Shown here: one piece after another, positions 19,687 to 29,641 of the stretch | Layout: each line of letters starts with the position of its first letter | How positions within the stretch are numbered: the stretch's first letter is position 1 | Origin: Mucilaginibacter sp. | GTDB lineage: Bacteria; Bacteroidota; Bacteroidia; Sphingobacteriales; Sphingobacteriaceae | DNA: 64,000 bases | Direction: 5' to 3' | NCBI RefSeq assembly: GCF_039207105.1 | Contig: NZ_JBCECK010000012.1 | Span: 2,632-66,631 of the forward strand | The notes under the pieces: generated by a model | What the model was told of the DNA's origin: nothing | The model's input: the letters and a program-made list of their open reading frames with translations, nothing else | The model's database searches: none | Made by a program: the position numbers and the translations under genes

Positions 19687-20700
19687 GTGAAAAAAGTGCT
19701 CCTCAAGGATATCGCTCAGCACGTAGGTGTATCAACTGCGTTGGTGTCGTACGTATTGAACGGACAGGCAGAAGAAAAGCAAGTAAGTAAGGAGAATGCG
19801 GAAAAAATAAGACTGGCTGCTATCGAATTAAATTATCAGCCCAATCAGGTGGCTAAAAGTCTGCGCACCCAAAAAACCCACACCATTGGCCTGGTAGTTG
19901 CCGATATCAATTACCGCTTCAGTACCGGTATAACACGCGCCATAGAAGCCGAGGCTAAACGCCGGAATTTCACGGTTATTTACGGCAGCAGCGACGAGGA
20001 TGCCCAAAAATTCAGCCAGCTTACTAATGTATTGGTCAACAGGCAGGTAGATGGTTTGATCTTAGTTCCGAGCGAGGATTCTGAAGAACAAATTGTGCTT
20101 TTACAGCAATCAGGTACTCCATTTGTATTGGTCGACCGTTATTTCCCTAATATTGATACCAACTATGTTGCGCTGGATAATTATCAGGCAACCTATGATG
20201 CTGTGTCATACCTGGTTAAAACCGGACACAAAAAAATCAGCTTTATCAATCTTGAAACCTCTCTTTTCCATTTGCTTGAACGCGACCGGGGATATAGAGA
20301 CGCTTTAAAAGACCATCACCTGGAAACGAACCCGGAATGGATGAGGCACCTGCGCCCGCAACACATCAAAGAAGATATGGAGTTAGCCACCAGGCAGCTG
20401 TTGGAAAGGGGAAACCCCAGCGATGCCGTATTGTTTGCTACAGATCGGCTATCCATAGCGGGCCTCAAACAGTTTAATGATTATGGTATACGTATCCCAA
20501 AGGATATATCGGTCATGAGTTTTGATGAAGCGGATGCCTTTGATCTGTTTTATTGTCCGATAAGTCATTCACGGCAACCGCTTGAAAAAATGGGAGAGGC
20601 TGCGGTGGATATCCTGGTTGACCTGATCAATAAAGAGAACACACACAAACAATTATATTTTCGAACCGATTTTATAGCAGGAAAATCCTGCAGGGAATAA
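19687..20700 (+). CDS. LacI family transcriptional regulator
   Basis: LKDIAQHVGVS.ALVSYVLNG HTH; YQPNQVAKSLR hinge; periplasmic-binding-protein-like core. Confidence 0.95.
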   Translation: MKKVLLKDIAQHVGVSTALVSYVLNGQAEEKQVSKENAEKIRLAAIELNYQPNQVAKSLRTQKTHTIGLVVADINYRFSTGITRAIEAEAKRRNFTVIYGSSDEDAQKFSQLTNVLVNRQVDGLILVPSEDSEEQIVLLQQSGTPFVLVDRYFPNIDTNYVALDNYQATYDAVSYLVKTGHKKISFINLETSLFHLLERDRGYRDALKDHHLETNPEWMRHLRPQHIKEDMELATRQLLERGNPSDAVLFATDRLSIAGLKQFNDYGIRIPKDISVMSFDEADAFDLFYCPISHSRQPLEKMGEAAVDILVDLINKENTHKQLYFRTDFIAGKSCRE

Positions 20701-20713
20701 TTTTTTTATCATC

Positions 20714-20733
20714 TGCCTTAATCGATTAAGGCA
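20714..20733. promoter_or_regulatory. LacI-type operator
   Basis: Perfect palindrome TGCCTTAATCGATTAAGGCA with central CG. Confidence 0.75.
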
Positions 20734-20797
20734 TGCAAATTAAATGATTTATAGCCATTAACTAACGGTAAACCGATGAGCAAGAAATTGAAATATT

Positions 20798-20815
20798 ACT
20801 TTAATCGATTAAAGT
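20798..20815. promoter_or_regulatory. LacI-type operator
   Basis: Perfect palindrome ACTTTAATCGATTAAAGT with the same TTAATCGATTAA core. Confidence 0.78.
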
Positions 20816-20880
20816 GGCGCCCACCTTAGTTATACACCACCAAGAACAAATTATGAACCCAATATTTAAACCTATTTTTT

Positions 20881-23800
20881 ATGAAGCAAATTTTAACAAT
20901 CATGTTGTTTTTTTTCTGTACCGGCTTATATGCCCAGCAGAAAACAGTAATCGGAACGGTTACTGACAAGGACCTGGGTAAGCCACTGGTAGGCGTTACC
21001 GTAAAAGCGGGTCAGGCTACGGTTATTACTGATGTTAATGGGAAATTCAGTGTAAACGCGGCTTTAAACTCCCAGATAACTTTTTCATACGTAGGTATGC
21101 AACCTTATACTTATGTAGTAAAAGATGTGCAGAACCCGGTTGTTATTGTAATGGAATATTTATCAGGAAACTTGAACGAAGTAGTAGTTACCGGGTACCA
21201 AAGCCAGAAGAAAGCCGACCTTACCGGCGCGGTATCTGTAGTAAAGATGACCGATATTAAGGATATTCCGCAAGGAAACGCTACAAAAGCCTTGCAGGGA
21301 AGGATTCCCGGTGTGTTCATTACCACTAATGGATCGCCGGAAGGTGGTGCCACCGTTCGTATACGGGGGATAGGCACGTTGAACAATAATGATCCGCTTT
21401 ATGTAATAGATGGTGTACCAACAACCCGCGGGCTCGAGGAGATCAATCAGGCCGATATTGAATCTATGCAGGTGTTAAAGGATGCGTCATCGGCTACCAT
21501 TTACGGATCACGGGCAGCAAACGGGGTAATTATTGTTACCACCAAAAAAGGGAAAAAAGGCATCAACCGTATTGATGTTAACGCCTCAACCTCATTACAA
21601 TACTACAATTCAAAATTATCCATGCTGAATACCCAGCAGCATGGTGAAGCCTACTTTAAAGCTTCGGTTAATGATGAAACTGATCCAAACAACAACCAGA
21701 TCTATCAGTTCGACTGGAATAAGGATTTTGCCAACCCTGTTTTAAACCAGGTGATATTACCTGAGTTTATTGATGGTGCTAAAACTATGAAACCTGCCAA
21801 TACCAATTGGTTTGATGAAATTGGCCAAACCTCGTTATTGCAGAATTATAATGTGGCCTTTAGCAACGGCGGCGAAAAAAACAACAGCTTTTTTTCGGTA
21901 AGCTATTATGATAACAAGGGCATTGTTAAAGAAACCCATACTAAAAAGGTTACGCTTAGGCTAAATTCAGATTACAGTTTTTTTAATGGCCGTTTAAAGG
22001 TTGGTGAAAACTTAAATACCAGTTTTATAAATGACAGGTTGATTGATGTTAACGGCGTTTTGTTTGGTGCCCTTGTTCAAAATCCCATTGTGCCGGTATA
22101 TACGGTTACCGGGGGATGGGGTGGCCCGGCAGCGGGCATGACCGACAGGCAAAACCCGGTACGCCTGATCCAGGATAATAAACAGAATCAAAGTTATTTC
22201 GGGAGAATAACCGGAAACGCTTATGCCGATCTTGCCATTATACAAGGCTTACATTTTAAAACAACCTTTGGGGTTGATTATGACGGTTTGTATGAAAGAA
22301 CCTTAAGAAAATCATATGTTTCCGGATTTTTGGTTGATCCCTCAAACCTTACTGCTAACTCGCAGAACTTTGATGGTAACCTTATCTGGCAAAACCAGTT
22401 GACCTATGATCTTGATCTCAAAAAAAGCAAGTTTAATTTCCTGGCCGGGCAGGAGTCTATCCATTACATGAACCAGAACTTTTTTGGTAGCAGGCAAGGC
22501 TATGCTGTAGAGGATATTAACTACGCTTACCTCGATGCCGGATCAACCAATATTCTGAATGGCGGTAATGGCGGCGCATATTCACTGCTTTCTTATTTCG
22601 GAAAGGCCAATTACACGTATGATAATAAATATATCGCATCGATAACCGTCAGGAGGGACGGCTCATCCCGCTTTGGGCAGGATAACCGGTATGGAACCTT
22701 CCCGTCGGCATCATTAGGCTGGCGTTTAAGCGAGGAGTCGTTCATCAAAAAACTCAACTTTATATCTGACCTGAAACTGCGTTATGGTTATGGCGAAACA
22801 GGTAATCAAACCGCAGGTAACTATGCCACTTATTCGCTGTATTCTGCCATTTACGGTACCGACCCTACATTTACCGCCGACCGGGGAACAGCCTATGATA
22901 TAACAGGAGCCGGGACAGGCACATTGCCATCAGGTTTTGTTAAGATACAGGAAGGCAATAATTCGTTAAAATGGGAGGGAACCAAAGAATCAAACTTCGG
23001 TATCGACTTTGGATTATTTGATCAAAAGATAACCGGTTCGGTTGATTATTTTGTTAAGAAAACATCTAACATATTGATTACCCCCGGCTACCTTGCTGTA
23101 ATTGGTGAAGGTGGCACCCGAACTTTTAATGGCGCCAGTATGCAGAATAAAGGTTTTGAGGCCCTGTTAAACTATGAAGGGCAGATCAGTAAAGACCTTA
23201 ACTTTTCGGTAAGCGCTAACATCGCCACTTTCCGTAACAAGGTTACCTTTTTGCCATCAGAGGTATTGACTGCCTATCCCGGTAACGGAAGCACTCAAAC
23301 CATTGTAGGGCATTCTATCAATTCAATTTTTGGTTACGTTGCCGATGGTTTGTTCACCAGCCAGCAGCAGGTTGATAATTCACCTGCGCAGCCGGGTAAA
23401 GGATTAGGCCGTATCAAGTATAAAGATCTTAACGGCGATAATAAGATTGATGATAATGACCGGACCTATATCTCGAACGGTAATCCGGACTTTACTTATG
23501 GTTTAAACTTTAACCTGTCATACAAAGATTTTGACATGTCGCTTTTCTTCCAGGGGGTGCACGGCATACAGGTATATAACACCTATAAAACCTATACGGA
23601 TTTCTCGTCCATCTGGCCGGGAACAAACTGGGGTACTCGTACGCTGAATGCATGGTCGCCAACCAATACATCGTCGAATATTCCGGCACTTACGCTGGTT
23701 GACAGGAATAATGAGAACAGGACATCTACCTATTATCTGGAGAACGGATCATATTTAAAGCTGCGCAACATCCAGATCGGGTATAACCTACGGAATGCGC

Positions 23801-23958
23801 TAAGCAGTATTAAAGTTCAGCGCGCAAGGGTTTTTATACAGGCCAATAACCTGTTTACGGTAAAAAGTAAATCATATACCGCGACAGATCCTGAAAATCC
23901 CGGTGGTGCTTACCCAATTCCGGCTATTACAACCATCGGTTTAGACCTGTCATTTTAG
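20881..23958 (+). CDS. susC: SusC/RagA TonB-dependent transporter (no STN domain)
   Basis: VVVTGYQSQKKADLTGAVS; IESMQVLKDASSATIYGSRAANGVIIVTTK; C-terminal LDLSF. Confidence 0.95.
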   Translation: MKQILTIMLFFFCTGLYAQQKTVIGTVTDKDLGKPLVGVTVKAGQATVITDVNGKFSVNAALNSQITFSYVGMQPYTYVVKDVQNPVVIVMEYLSGNLNEVVVTGYQSQKKADLTGAVSVVKMTDIKDIPQGNATKALQGRIPGVFITTNGSPEGGATVRIRGIGTLNNNDPLYVIDGVPTTRGLEEINQADIESMQVLKDASSATIYGSRAANGVIIVTTKKGKKGINRIDVNASTSLQYYNSKLSMLNTQQHGEAYFKASVNDETDPNNNQIYQFDWNKDFANPVLNQVILPEFIDGAKTMKPANTNWFDEIGQTSLLQNYNVAFSNGGEKNNSFFSVSYYDNKGIVKETHTKKVTLRLNSDYSFFNGRLKVGENLNTSFINDRLIDVNGVLFGALVQNPIVPVYTVTGGWGGPAAGMTDRQNPVRLIQDNKQNQSYFGRITGNAYADLAIIQGLHFKTTFGVDYDGLYERTLRKSYVSGFLVDPSNLTANSQNFDGNLIWQNQLTYDLDLKKSKFNFLAGQESIHYMNQNFFGSRQGYAVEDINYAYLDAGSTNILNGGNGGAYSLLSYFGKANYTYDNKYIASITVRRDGSSRFGQDNRYGTFPSASLGWRLSEESFIKKLNFISDLKLRYGYGETGNQTAGNYATYSLYSAIYGTDPTFTADRGTAYDITGAGTGTLPSGFVKIQEGNNSLKWEGTKESNFGIDFGLFDQKITGSVDYFVKKTSNILITPGYLAVIGEGGTRTFNGASMQNKGFEALLNYEGQISKDLNFSVSANIATFRNKVTFLPSEVLTAYPGNGSTQTIVGHSINSIFGYVADGLFTSQQQVDNSPAQPGKGLGRIKYKDLNGDNKIDDNDRTYISNGNPDFTYGLNFNLSYKDFDMSLFFQGVHGIQVYNTYKTYTDFSSIWPGTNWGTRTLNAWSPTNTSSNIPALTLVDRNNENRTSTYYLENGSYLKLRNIQIGYNLRNALSSIKVQRARVFIQANNLFTVKSKSYTATDPENPGGAYPIPAITTIGLDLSF

Positions 23959-23980
23959 TAGAACCTCAAAACTTAAGGAA

Positions 23981-25696
23981 ATGAAAAAATATTTATTATA
24001 CATTGCTTGTTTACTGGGAACGCTTGTTTCCTGTAAAAAGAATCTTAATGAGCAGCCACAGGGGGTGTTGGCAAGCGATCAACTCAATACACCTGTTAAC
24101 GTGGATAAAATGGTAACTGCGGCATACTCGTCGCTCGGTAACGAAAATCTGCATACCTCCAACAGCTTATGGCCCTGGGGCAGCATGCGGAGCGGCGATG
24201 CCTATAAAGGCGGCGATGGTGTGGGCGATAACAGCGAATGGAATGATTATGAAACTTTTGTAACCAACCAAAATACCAACAGCTTAACCGACCAGATGTG
24301 GGCGCAAATTTATAATGGCATTGCCCGTGTGAACAACGCGTTGTTGCGGGTTAATACCATTAGTCCGGCAGATTATCCACTCAAAACATCAAGACAGGGC
24401 GAAATGCGTTTTTTAAGGGCCAACTATTATTTCATGGGTAAAATTTTGTGGAACCGCATACCCTATATTGATGAGAACGTACCCACCACAGATTATATCA
24501 AAAAATCTAATGTGGAACTCACCAGCGATCAGCTTTGGGCTAAAATAACTGAAGATTTCAGATTTGCTGCCAATAATTTACCGGCAACTCAATCAGATAA
24601 AGGAAGGCCTAATAAGTATACCGCATTGGCTTATTTGGCCAAAACGTTGCTTTATCAGGCCTATACCCAGGATGATAATCATAATGTTACCGGTATTGAT
24701 CAGGCTAAGCTTAACCAGGTGGTATCCCTGTGCGATAGTGTGATCAACTATAGCGGTTATGCGCTGGCTGGCGATTTTGGTGATAACTTTCTGGCAGCGA
24801 CAGAAAACGGCCCGGAATCGGTTTTTGCCATTCAGTATTCAAAAAATGATGGTACCCAGTTTGGTCGTATAGATATGGGACATTCCTTAACCTATCCGAT
24901 GAATCCTGAATACGGTTGCTGCTGGCAGCATATCCCAAGTCAGGATCTGGTAAATAACTTTAAAACAGATGCAAACGGCCTGCCTATGTTTACCGGGTAC
25001 AATGATGTGGATGCAACTAAAGTCAGCGACTTTTTAAGTCAGACGTTTGACCCAAGGCTTGATCATACCGTGGGCATTCCGGGCCATCCGTTTAAATACG
25101 TGCCTACATTTGTTTATCAAACATCCTGGGCACGCGCATCTGCTATTTATGGCTTTTTCACCAGTATGAAGGATGATGCTGCTGCAAATGATCCATCCTT
25201 CCAGAAGATACCACCATTTATGTCGAGTTCTAAAAACTGGGAACTGATCAGGTTTGCCGATGTATTACTGTGGAAAGCTGAAGCATTGATTGAGTTAAAC
25301 CGGCCATTGGAGGCCCTGCCATTAATAAACATGGTTAGGCAAAGGGCGGGCAACAGTACGGCACGCTTGAAACAGGCCGACGGATCATTCATATCCAATT
25401 ACAAAGTAGGGACCTATCAGCCCGGTGTGAATTGTGTTTGGACGCAGGATTTTGCACGCCAGGCTATGCGCCGTGAACGCAGGCTGGAGTTTGCTATGGA
25501 AGGTAATCGCTTTTTTGACCTGGTAAGGTGGGGAATTGCAGATACTTACCTGAATACTTATTTTGCTTCCGAATCAACCAAGCGTACTTATCTTAAAACT
25601 GCTAAATTTACGAAAGGGCGCGATGAGTATTTACCTATCCCGCTTAACCAGATCAATTATAGCAAGGGATTATATAAGCAAAATCCGGGATTCTAA
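23981..25696 (+). CDS. susD: RagB/SusD family lipoprotein
   Basis: LVSCKK lipobox; GEMRFLRA; IRFADVLLWKAEA; RRERRLEFAMEG.RFFDLVRWG; QNPGF end. Confidence 0.94.
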   Translation: MKKYLLYIACLLGTLVSCKKNLNEQPQGVLASDQLNTPVNVDKMVTAAYSSLGNENLHTSNSLWPWGSMRSGDAYKGGDGVGDNSEWNDYETFVTNQNTNSLTDQMWAQIYNGIARVNNALLRVNTISPADYPLKTSRQGEMRFLRANYYFMGKILWNRIPYIDENVPTTDYIKKSNVELTSDQLWAKITEDFRFAANNLPATQSDKGRPNKYTALAYLAKTLLYQAYTQDDNHNVTGIDQAKLNQVVSLCDSVINYSGYALAGDFGDNFLAATENGPESVFAIQYSKNDGTQFGRIDMGHSLTYPMNPEYGCCWQHIPSQDLVNNFKTDANGLPMFTGYNDVDATKVSDFLSQTFDPRLDHTVGIPGHPFKYVPTFVYQTSWARASAIYGFFTSMKDDAAANDPSFQKIPPFMSSSKNWELIRFADVLLWKAEALIELNRPLEALPLINMVRQRAGNSTARLKQADGSFISNYKVGTYQPGVNCVWTQDFARQAMRRERRLEFAMEGNRFFDLVRWGIADTYLNTYFASESTKRTYLKTAKFTKGRDEYLPIPLNQINYSKGLYKQNPGF

Positions 25697-25715
25697 ACCA
25701 AACACTAAACTCAAT

Positions 25716-27089
25716 ATGAAATTAAAATCCAATGTCCTTCTTATCGCGGTTATTGCAGCAACCGGAGGTTTGTTATTCGGTTTTGATACCGGAGTTATTT
25801 CGGGCGCATTACCTTTTCTGAAACAATACTGGCAGCTTAGTGATGCCAGTATTGAATGGATCACTACTACGGTGCTCATTGGCGCGGTAGCAGGTGCTGT
25901 AACCAGCGGTAAGTTGTCTGACGTTATTGGCAGGAAAAAGATGATCATAGTTAACGCGATAATCTTTACTGTAGGTGCCTTGGGTTGCGCTTACGCGCCC
26001 AGCGTTACCGTGCTCATTATGATGCGTATCATCATAGGTTTTGCTATCGGTATTACTTCCTATGTGGTACCTATGTATATTTCCGAAATATCACCGGCTC
26101 GGGTAAGGGGGGCATTGGTTACACTCAATCAGTTGATGATTACGCTGGGTATCCTGCTATCATATGTTACCGATTACTGGTTATCAAATGACAATGATAA
26201 TGAAAGCTGGCGCTGGATGTTCCTGGTGGGTTTTGTACCGGCGGCTATTCTGCTTTTTGGAATGTTCTTTTTACCCGAAACACCGCGTTGGCTCATGAGC
26301 AAAAACAGGTGGGAAGAGGGAAAGAAAATATTGCTAAAACTGGAGGATGCCGACCTGGTTGATAAAACCATTGCCGAGCTGGAAGACGAGATCACCTTAT
26401 CGTCCAAAACTAAAGTATCAGCTGGCGAAATATTGAAACCGTGGCTGAGGGCTCCACTCATCATTACGGTAGGTATTTTCTTTTTTCAGCAATTTTCCGG
26501 GGTAAATACCATCATTTATTATTCGCCTATCATCTTCAAAATAGCTGGTATAGTGAGTAATACGGCAAGCATCATTCCGGCTATTATCATTGGCGGTGTA
26601 AATGTGCTGGCTTGTTTATTTTCGGTATTTATGCTGGATAAAGTGGGTCGGCGTAAACTGTATTTTATAGGTATTTTCGGTATGATACCATCGCTTGCAT
26701 TACTTGGCGCCTGTTTCCATTTCAAAGAGGCCTTGGGCTCAAGTTTGCCTGTATTCGCGGTGCTGAGCATTGTGTGTTATATTATTTTTATAGCTATTAG
26801 TCTGGCTCCGTTGGGCTGGCTGCTTATTTCTGAAGTGTTTCCGCTTAGCGTACGTGGCGTGGGCATGAGTATAGGCTCATTGGCTCACTGGGGCTTTAAC
26901 GCGGTTATCGCATTCACTTTTTTAAAACTGGTTAATACGCTTGGCATCGATTATACCTTCTGGAGCTATGCTATAATTTGTGTTATTGGCGCGGTTTGGG
27001 GATATTATTATATACCCGAAACCAAAGGAAAATCGCTGGAGGCTATTGAAAGTCATTGGCGTAACGGGGATAGTCCCAAAGAAATCTGA
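25716..27089 (+). CDS. Sugar porter family MFS transporter
   Basis: GGLLFGFDTGVISG; SDVIGRKK; PETPRWL; QQFSGVN; PETKGKSLE; ATG 25716 preferred over 25563. Confidence 0.93.
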   Translation: MKLKSNVLLIAVIAATGGLLFGFDTGVISGALPFLKQYWQLSDASIEWITTTVLIGAVAGAVTSGKLSDVIGRKKMIIVNAIIFTVGALGCAYAPSVTVLIMMRIIIGFAIGITSYVVPMYISEISPARVRGALVTLNQLMITLGILLSYVTDYWLSNDNDNESWRWMFLVGFVPAAILLFGMFFLPETPRWLMSKNRWEEGKKILLKLEDADLVDKTIAELEDEITLSSKTKVSAGEILKPWLRAPLIITVGIFFFQQFSGVNTIIYYSPIIFKIAGIVSNTASIIPAIIIGGVNVLACLFSVFMLDKVGRRKLYFIGIFGMIPSLALLGACFHFKEALGSSLPVFAVLSIVCYIIFIAISLAPLGWLLISEVFPLSVRGVGMSIGSLAHWGFNAVIAFTFLKLVNTLGIDYTFWSYAIICVIGAVWGYYYIPETKGKSLEAIESHWRNGDSPKEI

Positions 27090-27114
27090 TCTGCTTATTT
27101 ATAAACGATATCAA

Positions 27115-28590
27115 ATGAAAAAAATATTATTTACCTGTGCATTTGCCTTCATGGCGTGGTACGCGCAGGCGCAATTGGGGGTTAAATATGATCCTACTGT
27201 ACAATCAACCAAAAGCATACAGTACTTTAAGCCCAAAGGCAATCTCTTTGTTGGCGATTGTATCCCTTTTTCAAAAGATGGGGTATACTATTATTACTGG
27301 CTGCTTGACTCGGCTCATCATAAAAGCTTAAATGGTTTAGGCGGGCACCAATGGGCGCTCAGCAAATCAAGCGATCTGAAAACCTGGCAGCAATTTCCGC
27401 TGGTGCTCAAGATTGATGAGCCCTGGGAAAAATCAATCTGTACAGGCTCTGTGGTGTTTTATAAAGGTAAATATTATGCTTTTTATGCAACCCGTTTGCT
27501 TAATGATGGAAAGGTTAATGAGCAATTAAGCTATGCGATAAGCAAGGATGGAGTTAATTTTGAAAAACAGAAGCCTAATCCTTTTTATACATCGGCACCA
27601 GGCTACAGCAAGCGCGATTTCAGAGACCCGAAAGTTTTTGTGGATGAAAAAACAGGTGAATTTCATTTATTCGTATCCAGCTGGCAGGAAAACCCGGTGA
27701 TGAAAAATAACGGCGGCGCATTGGTTCACTTGTCATCCAAAGACTTGAAAACCTGGACCGTTCACGAACCGATACTAACAGGCCAGCCATCTACACCGGA
27801 ATGTCCTGATTACTTTTTCTGGAAGGGTTGGTATTACCTGGTTTACAGTGATAACAGCAATACTTCTTACGTAAAGTCACGTAAACCTTATGGCCCCTGG
27901 GAAGCTCCGCGTTACCAGGCTTTGAATGAGGATTGGTCTAACGTGGTTAAAACCGCTGAATTTAAGAACGGAAGGCGTATAGCTGCTGCCTGGGTTCCCA
28001 ATAGGTTTGAAAGCAAAGACCATAACGGAGAGATATTTGGAGGTAACTCCTTATTCAGGGAGGTAGGCCAGGAACCTGATGGTACGCTGACAACCAGATT
28101 TCCGGAAGAAATGATACCGGAGACAAGCGGAGCTCAGAACATTAAAATTGTTAACGATCTGCAATCAACATCACCTGACAACCACAGCATCAGCATCAAT
28201 TCGCCGGGAGGTGTAGGCTCAGCACATGTGGAGGATGTACCGGCAAATTGCCGTATTACCCTTGAAATTGAACCTATAGGGTTAAATGAAGAATTTGGCC
28301 TTTACTTGAAGTCGGGCGCCAGGGCCGAAGGCGGTTACAGGCTTAATTTCTCGGCTGCCAATAAAACAGTAAAACTTGGAAACACTACCATCGAGGGTGT
28401 AGACGGCTTGAATAAACCTATTAAGGTTGATATTGTGATCAAAGATGGAATTATTGATGTGGATGTAGATCATCGGCGTACCATTGTTAACCGCACCTAT
28501 GAACAAAACGGAAGTTTTGTTTGGTTTTATGCCAAGCATGGTCAGGTGAATTTTAAGTCAATCACGGTTAGTCCCCTTAAAGAAGATTAA
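27115..28590 (+). CDS. GH32-type five-bladed propeller glycoside hydrolase with C-terminal beta-sandwich, secreted
   Basis: Signal peptide; FVGDCIPF nucleophile region; CTGSVV; FRDPKVF; ECPD; ATG 27115 preferred over 26980. Confidence 0.82.
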   Translation: MKKILFTCAFAFMAWYAQAQLGVKYDPTVQSTKSIQYFKPKGNLFVGDCIPFSKDGVYYYYWLLDSAHHKSLNGLGGHQWALSKSSDLKTWQQFPLVLKIDEPWEKSICTGSVVFYKGKYYAFYATRLLNDGKVNEQLSYAISKDGVNFEKQKPNPFYTSAPGYSKRDFRDPKVFVDEKTGEFHLFVSSWQENPVMKNNGGALVHLSSKDLKTWTVHEPILTGQPSTPECPDYFFWKGWYYLVYSDNSNTSYVKSRKPYGPWEAPRYQALNEDWSNVVKTAEFKNGRRIAAAWVPNRFESKDHNGEIFGGNSLFREVGQEPDGTLTTRFPEEMIPETSGAQNIKIVNDLQSTSPDNHSISINSPGGVGSAHVEDVPANCRITLEIEPIGLNEEFGLYLKSGARAEGGYRLNFSAANKTVKLGNTTIEGVDGLNKPIKVDIVIKDGIIDVDVDHRRTIVNRTYEQNGSFVWFYAKHGQVNFKSITVSPLKED

Positions 28591-28595
28591 AATAT

Positions 28596-29570
28596 ATGTT
28601 ATTAGGATTTGATATTGGCGGCACCAAATGCGCGGTGATAATAGGTAAGGTTGCTGATGATAAAATTGTGATTGTGGATAAACGTGTTGTCGCGACTGAT
28701 AAGCCGGTTTATGAAATGATCGAACTGTTATTTGCAACGGCAGAAAACTTATTGTTGGAGCATCATTTATCAACCGGCGAATTAAAAGGCATAGGCATCA
28801 GTTGTGGTGGGCCGTTGAGCAGTAAAAAAGGACTTATTTTATCCCCGCCGAATTTGATTGGCTGGGATAAAATTCCCATAGTGCAAATGGCCGAGGAACG
28901 TTTTAAAATTAAAACCCTGCTGCAGAATGATGCTAATGCCTGTGCCGTTGCCGAATGGAAATATGGAGCAGGTAAAGGGATTGATAACCTGATATTTTTA
29001 ACCTTTGGTACCGGGATGGGGGCTGGTCTTATACTTAATGGCAAGCTTTACTCGGGGCCGTCAGATCTGGCTGGCGAGGTTGGTCATATTCGCCTGTCAA
29101 ACATGGGGCCTGTTGGTTTTGGCAAAGCGGGCTCATTTGAAGGCTATTGCAGTGGCGGCGGTATTGCCCAGTTAGGGCAGATAAAAGCCCGGGAAAAGCT
29201 ACAGGTTGGTGAAACGGTGAGTTTTTGCAAAACTATTGATGACCTGCCAAACATATCCGCGAAAACCATAGCTGAAGCAGCATTGCAAGGCGATGAAACG
29301 GCAATAGCAGTGTATAGGATGTGTGCTGAGTATCTTGGCAAAGGACTGGCCATGCTGATAGATGTTTTAAACCCCGAAATGATTGTGCTGGGTAGTATTT
29401 ACGGACGTGCCCGCCAATTATTGGAACCGGTAATGATGGAGGTTATTAAACAAGAAGCTTATGCCGAATCAGTTGATATGTGCCGTATTGTACCTGCGGG
29501 CTTGGGTGAAAGTATAGGTGATATTGCGGCTCTTTCGTTGGCATTAATGAGTTCGGATCAACAGGGGTAG
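28596..29570 (+). CDS. ROK family sugar kinase
   Basis: GFDIGGTK; GISCGGP; NDANACAVAE; TFGTGMGAG; GEVGH. Confidence 0.9.
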   Translation: MLLGFDIGGTKCAVIIGKVADDKIVIVDKRVVATDKPVYEMIELLFATAENLLLEHHLSTGELKGIGISCGGPLSSKKGLILSPPNLIGWDKIPIVQMAEERFKIKTLLQNDANACAVAEWKYGAGKGIDNLIFLTFGTGMGAGLILNGKLYSGPSDLAGEVGHIRLSNMGPVGFGKAGSFEGYCSGGGIAQLGQIKAREKLQVGETVSFCKTIDDLPNISAKTIAEAALQGDETAIAVYRMCAEYLGKGLAMLIDVLNPEMIVLGSIYGRARQLLEPVMMEVIKQEAYAESVDMCRIVPAGLGESIGDIAALSLALMSSDQQG

Positions 29571-29586
29571 TTGTATTTCATAGTTT

Positions 29587-29637
29587 AATTTTCAGCTATC
29601 CCAATGCCATAACGGCCACAGGGGATAGCTGAAAATT
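29587..29637. terminator. Bidirectional terminator
   Basis: AATTTTCAGCTATCCC/GGGATAGCTGAAAATT 16-bp stem between convergent genes. Confidence 0.78.
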
Positions 29638-29641
29638 TTTG

